From NCBI GenBank assembly GCA_037447435.1, contig JBBIGR010000065.1:1-18904 (forward strand): DNA of 18,904 bases, read 5' to 3'. Every line of letters begins with the position of its first letter. The first letter of the stretch is position 1. The position numbers were made by a program, and so were the translations under genes. The DNA is from Fibrobacteria bacterium (GTDB lineage: Bacteria > Fibrobacterota > Chitinivibrionia > Chitinivibrionales > FEN-1185). Shown here in pieces: positions 9,409 through 18,179 of this stretch. The notes under the pieces are model-generated. The model worked only from the letters and a program-made list of their open reading frames with translations, had not been told where the DNA came from and ran no database searches.

Positions 9409-10830
9409 TCAATTTGCGGAATGTTTCAAGCGATAGCCCAACGCCTGTCGAGTAATACCGAGGAGGTTGGCAGCAATTGTCTGATTTCCCTGCGTACGAC
9501 TCATTGCCTCGGCAATAAGCATTTCCTCCATATGTTTAAGATTTGGAAGTTCGTTAGGAAATATCAAAAGGTCATCTTGATTTTTCATATCGGCTTTTTG
9601 AGCGGCCCCATCGCCGTCTTTGTTCGATATTCCGATTTTATTTTTAAAAGCGTATAAAGACAATTTGCCGCCTTGCATTACGCTGACCGCATTAAAAACC
9701 ATTGATTGAAGTTCTCTAATATTGCCCGGGAAATGATAAGCGTTAAGCAATGTGAAAAGCTCTTTGGGAATTGCGGGTATCTTTTTGCCTTGGTTTGCAC
9801 ATTCCTTCGTAAAAAACGATCGTACCAGTTGCGGCAAGTCTTCTTTTCTTTCACGTAAAGGTGGAACGGCGATATGATGGGTTGAGAGCCGGAAATACAG
9901 GTCTTTGCGGAATAGTTCGCTGTGAGCAAGATACTCCAACGGTTTGCATGTCGCGGTAATTATTCTGGCATCGCATCTTTTTGTCGTATCGGAACCCACG
10001 GGCCGATATTCAAGTTCCTGTAAAAGCCGAAGAAGTTTAACTTGCGAGACAAGACTCAAATCGCCTATTTCATCGAGAAACAATGTTCCATCGGCGGCTG
10101 TTTCAACCATTCCCTTGCGGAAATTATCGGCACCGGTAAAAGCACCTTTGACATGTCCGAATAAAGAGTCGGAAAAAACGGTATCATCCAAACCTGCAAC
10201 ATTGACGGCAACAAATTCACCTTTTACGCCGCTTACGTCGTGGATAGACCGTGCGACCAATTCCTTTCCAACACCGGTTTCCCCGGTGATGAGGACCGGA
10301 TGAGCGGTTGACGCGATGGCTTCGATATATTTGAAAATATTCGCCATCATACAACCGGCGGGACCAAATGCGGAGAATGCAGCGGGATTCTTGAGATTTT
10401 TAGAGAGCAATCCTTCACAAAGCCCCGAATTTTCTTTTTGCAAACTTCGAATTTTTAGTGCGTTTTTAATGCATGCGATGAATTTTTGTTCTTCCACGGG
10501 TTTTAGTATATAATCATTTGCTCCCATTTTCATGCATTCTATTGCGGTGTCGAGATCCCGAAGACCGGTTGCCATAATTACCGGCACATCGGGATCTTTA
10601 TTTTTCAACAAAGAAAGCAATTCCTTTCCGGACGTATTGGGCATCATTATGTCAAGAACCGCACAATCGATATCGGAAGTTTTTAAAAATTCTTTCGCCG
10701 TATTACTATCGTCGAAGCATTGGACATTATTTATTCCGGAATAGTTTAAAATCAATTCCATTGAACGCAAAGTGTTGATTTCGTCGTCCACAATGATGAC
10801 GTTACTGTTTGACACATAAAAATCTTTCAT
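9409..10830 (-). CDS. Sigma-54-dependent response regulator (NtrC family: REC-AAA+-Fis HTH)
   Basis: LDIMMP receiver; Walker A GETGVGKE; GAFTGA loop; Walker B LFLDEIG; FRKDLYFRL; FPGNIRELQS; HTH GNQTIAANLLGITRQALGYRL. Confidence 0.96.
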   Translation of the reverse strand: MKDFYVSNSNVIIVDDEINTLRSMELILNYSGINNVQCFDDSNTAKEFLKTSDIDCAVLDIMMPNTSGKELLSLLKNKDPDVPVIMATGLRDLDTAIECMKMGANDYILKPVEEQKFIACIKNALKIRSLQKENSGLCEGLLSKNLKNPAAFSAFGPAGCMMANIFKYIEAIASTAHPVLITGETGVGKELVARSIHDVSGVKGEFVAVNVAGLDDTVFSDSLFGHVKGAFTGADNFRKGMVETAADGTLFLDEIGDLSLVSQVKLLRLLQELEYRPVGSDTTKRCDARIITATCKPLEYLAHSELFRKDLYFRLSTHHIAVPPLRERKEDLPQLVRSFFTKECANQGKKIPAIPKELFTLLNAYHFPGNIRELQSMVFNAVSVMQGGKLSLYAFKNKIGISNKDGDGAAQKADMKNQDDLLIFPNELPNLKHMEEMLIAEAMSRTQGNQTIAANLLGITRQALGYRLKHSAN

Positions 10831-12875
10831 TTATTGTTCTTTCCCGGGAGTAATAATGTCACAATGGTGCCTTTTCCCACATTCGATTCGAACGACAATC
10901 TACCGCCATGATCTTTGACTATCCCATCCGATACCGATAGCCCCAAACCTGTCCCGCCATAATCCTGTTTTGTGGTAAAAAACGGTGCCGTAATTTTAGT
11001 GAGGTCAGTAGGTTTAATTCCGCTTCCCTGATCGGAAACAATGACGGCAATATGTCCTTTGCCAACCGAATCGGTAGTCCTAACGACAATCGATTGATCT
11101 CTTGAAGTCAATGACTCGCATGCGTTCTGTATCAAATTGATTATTACTTGTTCAAGTTGCTGATGATTACCGATTGTCGATAAAACATTAGCGGAAAGTT
11201 CGACTCTGAAATTGTTTGTATGTTTTCTACACATGGTGCTTAGTATTGAAACGGCGGATTGGACTACATCGTTGATATTTAAAAGTTCCTTATTTCCATT
11301 CGTGTCTTGACGAACATAATCCTTAAGCACCGAAACAATACGTTGTATTCGCTCTGCTCCTTCTTTTATTCCATTGATAAGGGGCAAAACGTTAGCCGAA
11401 ACTTTCGAAAAATTCATTCCGCCTATATTAAAATCACCGTTTTCTTTCATATAAGAATGGAGTATAGGCAAAACTCCTTCCCAGGTGGTTTTCAACAAGG
11501 AAGCATTAAACAATGTAAAACTAGCAGGATTATTTATTTCATGCGCAACACCGGATACAAGGATGCCTAAGGATGCCATTTTGTCGGCCTGGATTAATTG
11601 TAATCTTTGACGCTCGATTGCCATTGAGGCATTTTTATAGGCGGTTATGTCTGTCGCGGTCCCTACCATTTGATTCGATTTGGGATAACCGCGGGCACGG
11701 AACCAACGAATTTGACCGTCACTCAGAATTATTCTGAATTCGCAATTAAATTCTTCCAGTTTTTTTATCGGCTCGCTTAACCGGAAAAGATCATCGGGGT
11801 GAACTGCGTTTTTTATTTTGTTTATTCCGATAGTTTTTTTGTTTGGAAGCAAATTTAAAAGCCTTAAAAAAGCTTTATTGAAATAAATTAATTTCGAGCA
11901 TAAAGGATCATAAATCCAAAATGCTTCATTAATGGTATCGGCAATTTGACTTAAGCGCATCTCGCTATCGCGCAGAGCAAATTCCATCCTTTTTCGTTTT
12001 GAAATATCAACATTTGTTCCGATATAACAATTAATATTCCCCGTCTTATCTCGTACCGCACTTGCACTTATCGATATCCATATTTTGGCCCCATCTTTCT
12101 TTTTCATTTGCGCTTCGTAGCATTCCACGACATCATTCTTATCAAGAATTTTTTTTATTTTATCTCTATCTTTTTTTTGCACATAGCATTGTTTCGCCAG
12201 ATCATGAATACTAGCCATCATTTCGTCCGGGGATGCGTATCCAAGCATAGTTGCAAAGGCCGGATTTGCATTGAGACAATGGCCGTCCGGGGTTGTCCGG
12301 TAAATGCCGACGATTGAATTTTCAAATATATTTTTAAAAACGTTGTCGATTCCGGTTTTTAAAGTAGTATCATTTTCGTGTTTTTCTTTTTCATGGAACC
12401 GCCAAATGTGTCCATAATATTTTCCGGATTTGTTTTGGACCGGATCGTATTTATATTCATTCTCTTTTTTGGCATAATTTTCCACAGTAATAAGGCAAAC
12501 ATCAATTTTCCCGCCAACCCCCTTAATTGCAGAAGAAGTGAAATTCAACCATTTGCCTTCCTTGCATAATTTCGAACGATATGCTTTTCCGACATACGAT
12601 TCTTGAGCCGCATCTTTTCGAACAAAATGTCCGGGGTATAATTTCGAAATCTGTTCATACTTTCCTTCTAAATGCAAATCTGCCATCATCGGACGTTTAC
12701 GACGATAAAAGGCGCGCCAATGGTCGGAAGTGTTTAAGACTTCCTTTTTTTTAATTCCCGAAAAATGCTCTAGCGCCTTGTTCCACAAAATAACATTGTG
12801 ATTTTTATATATCGCAAAGGCAGGAATTGGAGATGCATCAAAAAGCGGTTGAAGATTCCGAATAGCATTATACAT
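10827..12875 (-). CDS. Cytoplasmic multi-PAS sensor histidine kinase (NtrB-like)
   Basis: Three PAS-like segments; H-box SGVAHEINNP; LEQVIINLIQNA; SDQGSGI; PFFTTK; GTGLGLS. The stop overlaps the regulator start (ATGA), indicating translational coupling. Confidence 0.95.
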   Translation of the reverse strand: MYNAIRNLQPLFDASPIPAFAIYKNHNVILWNKALEHFSGIKKKEVLNTSDHWRAFYRRKRPMMADLHLEGKYEQISKLYPGHFVRKDAAQESYVGKAYRSKLCKEGKWLNFTSSAIKGVGGKIDVCLITVENYAKKENEYKYDPVQNKSGKYYGHIWRFHEKEKHENDTTLKTGIDNVFKNIFENSIVGIYRTTPDGHCLNANPAFATMLGYASPDEMMASIHDLAKQCYVQKKDRDKIKKILDKNDVVECYEAQMKKKDGAKIWISISASAVRDKTGNINCYIGTNVDISKRKRMEFALRDSEMRLSQIADTINEAFWIYDPLCSKLIYFNKAFLRLLNLLPNKKTIGINKIKNAVHPDDLFRLSEPIKKLEEFNCEFRIILSDGQIRWFRARGYPKSNQMVGTATDITAYKNASMAIERQRLQLIQADKMASLGILVSGVAHEINNPASFTLFNASLLKTTWEGVLPILHSYMKENGDFNIGGMNFSKVSANVLPLINGIKEGAERIQRIVSVLKDYVRQDTNGNKELLNINDVVQSAVSILSTMCRKHTNNFRVELSANVLSTIGNHQQLEQVIINLIQNACESLTSRDQSIVVRTTDSVGKGHIAVIVSDQGSGIKPTDLTKITAPFFTTKQDYGGTGLGLSVSDGIVKDHGGRLSFESNVGKGTIVTLLLPGKNNK

Positions 12876-13197
12876 AATAAATAAATACGGTCATAAATTC
12901 AAAGAAATGTTTTCAACATTTGATTTGATCAAAATTGATTAATAATAATGCGATGGTTTGTATGATTAATTATCCCATTTTCGTCCAAGCCAGTCAAGAA
13001 GGAACATAAAACAAATTCTTCCGAACTGTTTTATAGAAATAGTAAAAAGAATTTTATAATATTTCCCCATATAATTTGGTTTTCCATGTCCGATATTTAT
13101 ATTCTTTTAACACCATCGCTCATGCTTCGGATTCATTCAATTTCTCTCGGTAATTTTTAAAATATGATTATTTCGTATCATAAAAAGGTAATACCAT

Positions 13198-15147
13198 ATG
13201 CCGCATCAAAATGATGATATTAATAAAAACCAATCGATTTCTACAAAAATACTAAAGAGTATCTTTGATTATGCACCTATAGGCGTTTTTCAATCGACGC
13301 TTCAAGGCAAATTTATTTATGTCAATTTTGCAATTTCATCCATGCTCGGGTATGCATCTCAAGAAGATTTAATACGATTTGTTAATAAATCGTCTATTGC
13401 AAATACAATTTACGAAGACCCGAATAGATATCCCATGTTGTTAAGCGAAACAACGCAATCCGAAGGTGTTTGGAAAGTTTTCGAAAATCGATATAAAAGG
13501 AAAGACGGCATCGTCATAGATGCTATTTTGTCTATTAGTGAGCGATTGGATTCGGATACGGGTCACCTTTCATTTTTCGGATTTGTTCAGGACATTTCGG
13601 AAAAAAAACGTTCGGAAAATGCTCTCAAACAAAGCGAATATCGCCTTAAAGACGCACAGCATCTTGCAGGAATAGGCAGTTTTCATTACGACGCGCGTAG
13701 AGATCAATCATGGTGGTCGGAGGAACTATTCCGACTGTACGGACTCAAACCGAAGAACGAACCGATGAGCCTGGCAGCGGCAAGTTCATTTACGCATCCG
13801 GAAGATAGACACATAGGAAACGAAATGATGCAACAAGCATTATTAACCGGTGATGCAGTCGAATTCGAATATCGCGTCGTATGGCCCGATGCTTCAATAC
13901 ATTATCATCATGCTATTTCCCGGGTAAAAACCGACAAGAACCATCAAATGACCGAAATATGCGGAACAATTCAAGACATTACCGAGCGAAAACATGTGGA
14001 GCAAGAGAAGCAAAAAATAGAACAGCAATTGAATCAAGCGCAAAAGCTCGAATCGCTCGGTGTTCTGGCCAGCGGCATTGCCCATGATTTCAACAACCTG
14101 CTCGGAGGGATTTTCGGGTATATCGATTTGGCGAAAACATTTACCAAAGATGAAACCACTGCAAATTTACTTGCAAAATCGTTGATAACGATGGACAGGG
14201 CGAAAAATCTTACAATGCAATTACTGACTTTCGCAAAAGGCGGTTCCCCGATCCGTAAAATAGAATCGTTGTCCCCGTTTTTGGAAGAAGCCGTCCAGTT
14301 TGCACTCAGCGGATCCAACGTCTCCTGTATGTTTAACATCCCCGCGGATCTTTGGCGTTGCGATATAGACAAAAATCAAATAAGTCAAGTTATCGACAAT
14401 ATCGTGATCAACGCGATACAGGCAATGCCGAGCGGCGGGACCATCGAAATCTCGGCTTGCAATACTTTGACCGAGCCTAAAAATACCGTTCCCATGGCTG
14501 CCGGGCATTATATCAAACTATCCTTCAAAGACCATGGCATCGGAATTCCTCAACAAATATTGCCGCTCATTTTCGATCCGTTTTTTACGACAAAAACAAA
14601 AGGCCACGGACTGGGTTTGACAACTTCCTACTCCATTATCAGTCGTCATGGCGGTTACATTGAAGTCGAATCCGAACCCGGCATCGGCAGCACGTTCCAT
14701 ATTTTTCTCCCCGCTTCCGAGGAAGACATATCATCGACGAAAATCGATACTGTTTTACGCCATAAAGGGGCCGGCACATTTCTTATTATGGATGATGAAC
14801 CGGTAATACGGGATGCGATAAGCGTCATGCTCGGATCGTTTGGATATTCGGTAGTTTTAATGGAAAACGGCAAAGATACGATAGATTATTTCCTAGCGGA
14901 AAAAAATGCAAATCGCATTTGTTCGGGTATGATCCTCGATCTTACGATACCCGGAGGAAAAGGCGGCAAAGAAACCGTTACTGAGCTGAGAAAAATAGAT
15001 GCCGAAATTCCGATTTTCGTCATGAGCGGGTATGCCGATGATCCGGTCATGGCAAATCCGGGCGCTTACGGGTTCACCGCAAGCATTTGTAAACCTTTTA
15101 AAACCGTTGAATTGGCCGAAATGCTTGAAAAATATTTGAAGAAGTAA
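13198..15147 (+). CDS. Hybrid sensor kinase (PAS-PAS-HisKA-HATPase-REC)
   Basis: Two PAS/PAC domains; AHDFNNLL; QVIDNIVINAIQAM; DHGIGI; FDPFFTTK; GHGLGL; receiver IMDDE...ILDLTIPGG...MSGY...KPF. AAGGT SD upstream. Confidence 0.95.
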   Translation: MPHQNDDINKNQSISTKILKSIFDYAPIGVFQSTLQGKFIYVNFAISSMLGYASQEDLIRFVNKSSIANTIYEDPNRYPMLLSETTQSEGVWKVFENRYKRKDGIVIDAILSISERLDSDTGHLSFFGFVQDISEKKRSENALKQSEYRLKDAQHLAGIGSFHYDARRDQSWWSEELFRLYGLKPKNEPMSLAAASSFTHPEDRHIGNEMMQQALLTGDAVEFEYRVVWPDASIHYHHAISRVKTDKNHQMTEICGTIQDITERKHVEQEKQKIEQQLNQAQKLESLGVLASGIAHDFNNLLGGIFGYIDLAKTFTKDETTANLLAKSLITMDRAKNLTMQLLTFAKGGSPIRKIESLSPFLEEAVQFALSGSNVSCMFNIPADLWRCDIDKNQISQVIDNIVINAIQAMPSGGTIEISACNTLTEPKNTVPMAAGHYIKLSFKDHGIGIPQQILPLIFDPFFTTKTKGHGLGLTTSYSIISRHGGYIEVESEPGIGSTFHIFLPASEEDISSTKIDTVLRHKGAGTFLIMDDEPVIRDAISVMLGSFGYSVVLMENGKDTIDYFLAEKNANRICSGMILDLTIPGGKGGKETVTELRKIDAEIPIFVMSGYADDPVMANPGAYGFTASICKPFKTVELAEMLEKYLKK

Positions 15148-15201
15148 ACATCTTCGGGATTCGAATTCACCCGGAATAGCCAACTATTTCGTCGTTACAA
15201 A

Positions 15202-15666
15202 TTAATAGGCCAGGTTTGCTATCCGTTCCGAAATTCGCTTCGCATGATCGCGATCTGCCGAATTGAGTTGTTGAAAAACGGAAAAATCAACGCTTGAATT
15301 TTCCATTTCCGCAGTTTCCTGATAATGAGTTTCACCTGCCGACTGTTCGATTTGAAGCGCTATCAATAATGCATCTTCCCTTGAAGTTATATTTCCAACA
15401 TTGGTGATGATTTTTTCCAATTGATCATTGATTGCGGAAACCGTTTCTTCTTTTGTTGCAAGTAAAAGAGCGGATAATTCCGGAGACTCAATAATGTATT
15501 CGAGCAATGTTTCCAACATGGCCGCATGGTTTGCTTCTTCACTGGCCAACGTTTTCCAAAATCTGCATTCACCGGGAAATTGGTCGGAAAATTTTGAATA
15601 GAGTAATCCGACTTTTCTCTCCAATAATATCATTTGCTGCAACAATCGCTTCCCGCTAGGTTCCAA
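15202..15666 (-). CDS. Ferritin-like / rubrerythrin-type four-helix-bundle protein
   Basis: LERKVGLLY, LASEEANH, ALQIEQS, ADRDH give a di-iron-like ligand pattern. TTG start preceded by GGGAGG SD. Confidence 0.8.
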   Translation of the reverse strand: MEPSGKRLLQQMILLERKVGLLYSKFSDQFPGECRFWKTLASEEANHAAMLETLLEYIIESPELSALLLATKEETVSAINDQLEKIITNVGNITSREDALLIALQIEQSAGETHYQETAEMENSSVDFSVFQQLNSADRDHAKRISERIANLAY

Positions 15667-15819
15667 CTCGCCTCCCTTTTTAAACTCTATCTTATTATAG
15701 CGTTTTTATGAGGATTTTTCAATGTCGGAATTTAATTTCTGCCATTTTTTATTTATTTCTTAGTTCAAATATGCCGAAAATAATAATAAGGATCTATATT
15801 TAGAGAAAAGCCGGTACAT

Positions 15820-15993
15820 ATGAAAATGGATAATGAAGTTCAGATCATAGAAATTGAAAAATATCAACTCTATCTTTCCAAAGTTATTGGAAAGAGAATC
15901 GATGAAAACACAGCTGCAAAAATATGGATTCGCAAATACGCAAAAATATGGCGGTTACAACATCCGATTCAAAGAGAATGCATGCAACAATAG
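15820..15993 (+). CDS. Small protein, 57 aa (absent from ORF track); resembles the DUF4032-like 'EIxxhkwxxSxxxGxd...AxxxWIxxyAxxWR' module
   Basis: Manual translation: MKMDNEVQIIEIEKYQLYLSKVIGKRIDENTAAKIWIRKYAKIWRLQHPIQRECMQQ*. Stop TAG at 15991-15993. Confidence 0.65.
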   Translation: MKMDNEVQIIEIEKYQLYLSKVIGKRIDENTAAKIWIRKYAKIWRLQHPIQRECMQQ

Positions 15994-17501
15994 CCATACC
16001 TTCTGTTTGTGATTTTTATTTTACCCCGCATCGTTTTTCCGCTTTAGGTCCTCATGTTTTATCTAAGATTTTGGCTTCTTGTGACATAGATAATGAAATT
16101 ATAAACTTTCCATTGCGTTATAAATCGTCTCAAAACATTGATTTACCGAATGATATTCGCTATTTAAATCCGTTTCTGTTCCCTAATGAAACCGGCAAAA
16201 CATCCTATTTCACCAAATTTCAAAGATTTGGCAAAGATTCGTTGTCGTGCGCAAAAGAAATTGTTTCCTTGCGACCACAATTATGTTTTATTAGTTGTTT
16301 TGCGTTTTCATATGCAAAGGAAGCGCTTGATTTGGCAACGGATATAAAAAGATTGAACGGTTCTATTCTTACAATAATCGGCGGAGCAGGCGTTAGCTGC
16401 AACCCGCTTTATTTTGTTGAAAATGAAGGTGTTGACTTTGTAATAGACGGCGAAGCGGAAATCGTTGTTCCGGCATTTATCGATGCGCTCAAAAACAATT
16501 TGCCCATGAATACCATTCCCGGGCTTGCCTATAAGGATTCTGTTAAAAATCAATCGTTTGTAAAAGCGGCCCATACGCAATCCAATGAAATAATTCCCGC
16601 TATTTCAAAGGTTTTGGAAACGAAGAAAACAACAATCCATTCCGTGTCGATAAGCAGAGGCTGCAATAGGAATTGTTCGTTTTGTTCCAATGATCTCACT
16701 CATGGAAAAGGCTTGCGATTAGCAAGCATAGAGCGCGTTTCCGTAATGGTAAAAAGTGTTTCGATCGATCAAAACAAGCGGAATTTGATCAATTTCGAGG
16801 ATGACAACCTTCTTTTTGACATTGAATATTTTTTGAAAGTCATTCGAATTTTCAAAAATCAAATACCGGACGTTTCGTTTTTAGCGGAAAACGGTCTCGA
16901 CTATATGCTGCTTTCGAAAGAGAATGCGGATGCGTTAATCGATCTGGGATTTAAAAGTTTCAATTTCACCATCGGATCCATTGACGAAACAGTGCTTGAA
17001 AAACAAAACAGAAAAGGACATCTGTTCCATTTTGAATCATTGGTCCGGCATATTGCGTCAAAGAACATTCCAGTTTTGTCGTACTTTATTTGCGGACTCA
17101 ACGGAGATTCATTGGAAAGCGTGACCGATATTTTAGCCTATTTATTTAAACTGCCGACGCAAATCGGTATTTCCATGTTTTACGCGATTCCCGGGATTGC
17201 GGATTTTAAGGATTTAAATTTGTTTAATTCCAAGCAAAGTTGTACCTGTAATGGCAGTTCAGCTTTTCCCTGGTACGGTTCCCTATCGACAAAAGAACTC
17301 ATCACCGCGTTTCGATTAAGCCGTTTGGCGAATTTGATGAAATTATCCGCGAAATCGGACATCGAAATCGAATTGGTTGATAAAACAGTTAAAGATAAAA
17401 GGCTTTATTCGTTTTTTAAAACCAAAAACAAAATTCACATCGAAGAAGTTCCGAACGTAAGTATCGAAATGGTGGAAATGTTTTTGGAGAAGATAGCCTA
17501 G
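15978..17501 (+). CDS. B12-binding-domain radical SAM protein
   Basis: Cobalamin-binding-like region (IIGGAGVS, VDFVIDGEAE); SRGCNRNCSFC (CxxxCxxC); NFEDDNL; YFICGLNGDS. The track start is 15924; ATG 15978 is preferred because the upstream part is occupied by the small ORF. Confidence 0.88.
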   Translation: MHATIAIPSVCDFYFTPHRFSALGPHVLSKILASCDIDNEIINFPLRYKSSQNIDLPNDIRYLNPFLFPNETGKTSYFTKFQRFGKDSLSCAKEIVSLRPQLCFISCFAFSYAKEALDLATDIKRLNGSILTIIGGAGVSCNPLYFVENEGVDFVIDGEAEIVVPAFIDALKNNLPMNTIPGLAYKDSVKNQSFVKAAHTQSNEIIPAISKVLETKKTTIHSVSISRGCNRNCSFCSNDLTHGKGLRLASIERVSVMVKSVSIDQNKRNLINFEDDNLLFDIEYFLKVIRIFKNQIPDVSFLAENGLDYMLLSKENADALIDLGFKSFNFTIGSIDETVLEKQNRKGHLFHFESLVRHIASKNIPVLSYFICGLNGDSLESVTDILAYLFKLPTQIGISMFYAIPGIADFKDLNLFNSKQSCTCNGSSAFPWYGSLSTKELITAFRLSRLANLMKLSAKSDIEIELVDKTVKDKRLYSFFKTKNKIHIEEVPNVSIEMVEMFLEKIA

Positions 17502-17515
17502 CCCTTATCCCTACG

Positions 17516-18050
17516 CTTGCAAGTTCCGTTTTTTAGTCCACATAATTTTTGATACTCTTGCGAGGTCTGTTTTTAACTTCACAAAGTTTTTGATACCCTT
17601 ACGATGTCCGTTTTTTACTCCGCAGATTTTTTTATAGCCTTGCAAGGTTTGTTTTCTACTCCGCAAAATTTTTGACGCCCTTGCAAGGTCTGTTTTTGAC
17701 TCCACAGAATTTTTTATGGTCCTGCGAGGTACTGTTTTCTTATCCGCAATAATGCAGTTCGTCAAACAAGGTACTGAATTCGCAACTCCAATAATGAAAT
17801 GGCCGTGCGAGACCTTGTTTTCGCAACTCCAATAATGGAATTGTCCAAACAAGGTCTTGCATTCTTATCCGCAATAATGAGCTGGCCGTGCAAGGTACTG
17901 TTTGACCTTCTACATTTTTTTTATGGCCCTGCAAGGTACGTTTTCGCATTCCCGAGAAATTTTATACGCTTGCGTGATGATATTTGTTCCCTTTCAAATT
18001 TTTAATGTCATTGCATGACCGATTTTCTTCATAAAAAAATCGGTATTGCA
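17516..18050. repeat. Degenerate tandem array, 12-13 units, 41-bp period
   Basis: Unit starts at 17516, 17557, 17598, 17639, 17680, 17721, 17763, 17804, 17846, 17887, 17928, 17969 and 18010. Approximate consensus CTTGCAAGGTCTGTTTTTTACTCCGCAnAATTTTTnATnnC. The last two units are very decayed. Confidence 0.85.
18018..18044. terminator. Inverted repeat; possible terminator or array boundary
   Basis: ACCGATTTT (18018-18026) pairs with AAAATCGGT (18036-18044), with flanking TGCA/TGCA. It lies between convergent genes and has no clean U-tract. Confidence 0.4.
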
Positions 18051-18055
18051 TTTTG

Positions 18056-18105
18056 GGTAGCTTCGAGGGTTCCCTGCCGGTGGCTTCGAGAACCTCAACC
18101 ACCGG
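18056..18105. repeat. REP-like imperfect hairpin plus an adjacent degenerate copy
   Basis: CCGGTGG-CTTCGAGAACCTCAA-CCACCGG (18077-18105) is preceded by GGTAG-CTTCGAGGGTTCC-CTGCC (18056-18078). Both share GGTRGCTTCGAG. Confidence 0.55.
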
Positions 18106-18179
18106 GTAAAATAAAAACTGCCAACGGTTAGAAAAAAAAACAAGTCATCGGACAGGATAACAAACTCGTTGCCTGAGAC

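Noticed and set aside
15683..15876. Direct repeat AACTCTATCTT at about 15683 and 15866
   Set aside because: Short, AT-rich and one copy lies within coding sequence; compatible with chance.
848..17362. Numerous short antisense or alternate-frame ORFs in the track
   Set aside because: They lie within or opposite well-supported genes and carry no motifs; treated as shadow ORFs.
17511..18005. ORFs 17511-17852(-), 17740-17949(-) and 17799-18005(+) as genes
   Set aside because: They are products of the 41-bp array. The period breaks frame each unit, the ORFs overlap each other and they show no recognisable motifs.
17516..18050. CRISPR array or guide-RNA array with spacers
   Set aside because: Units abut with variation spread throughout; there is no constant repeat plus unique spacer pattern and no cas gene in the window.
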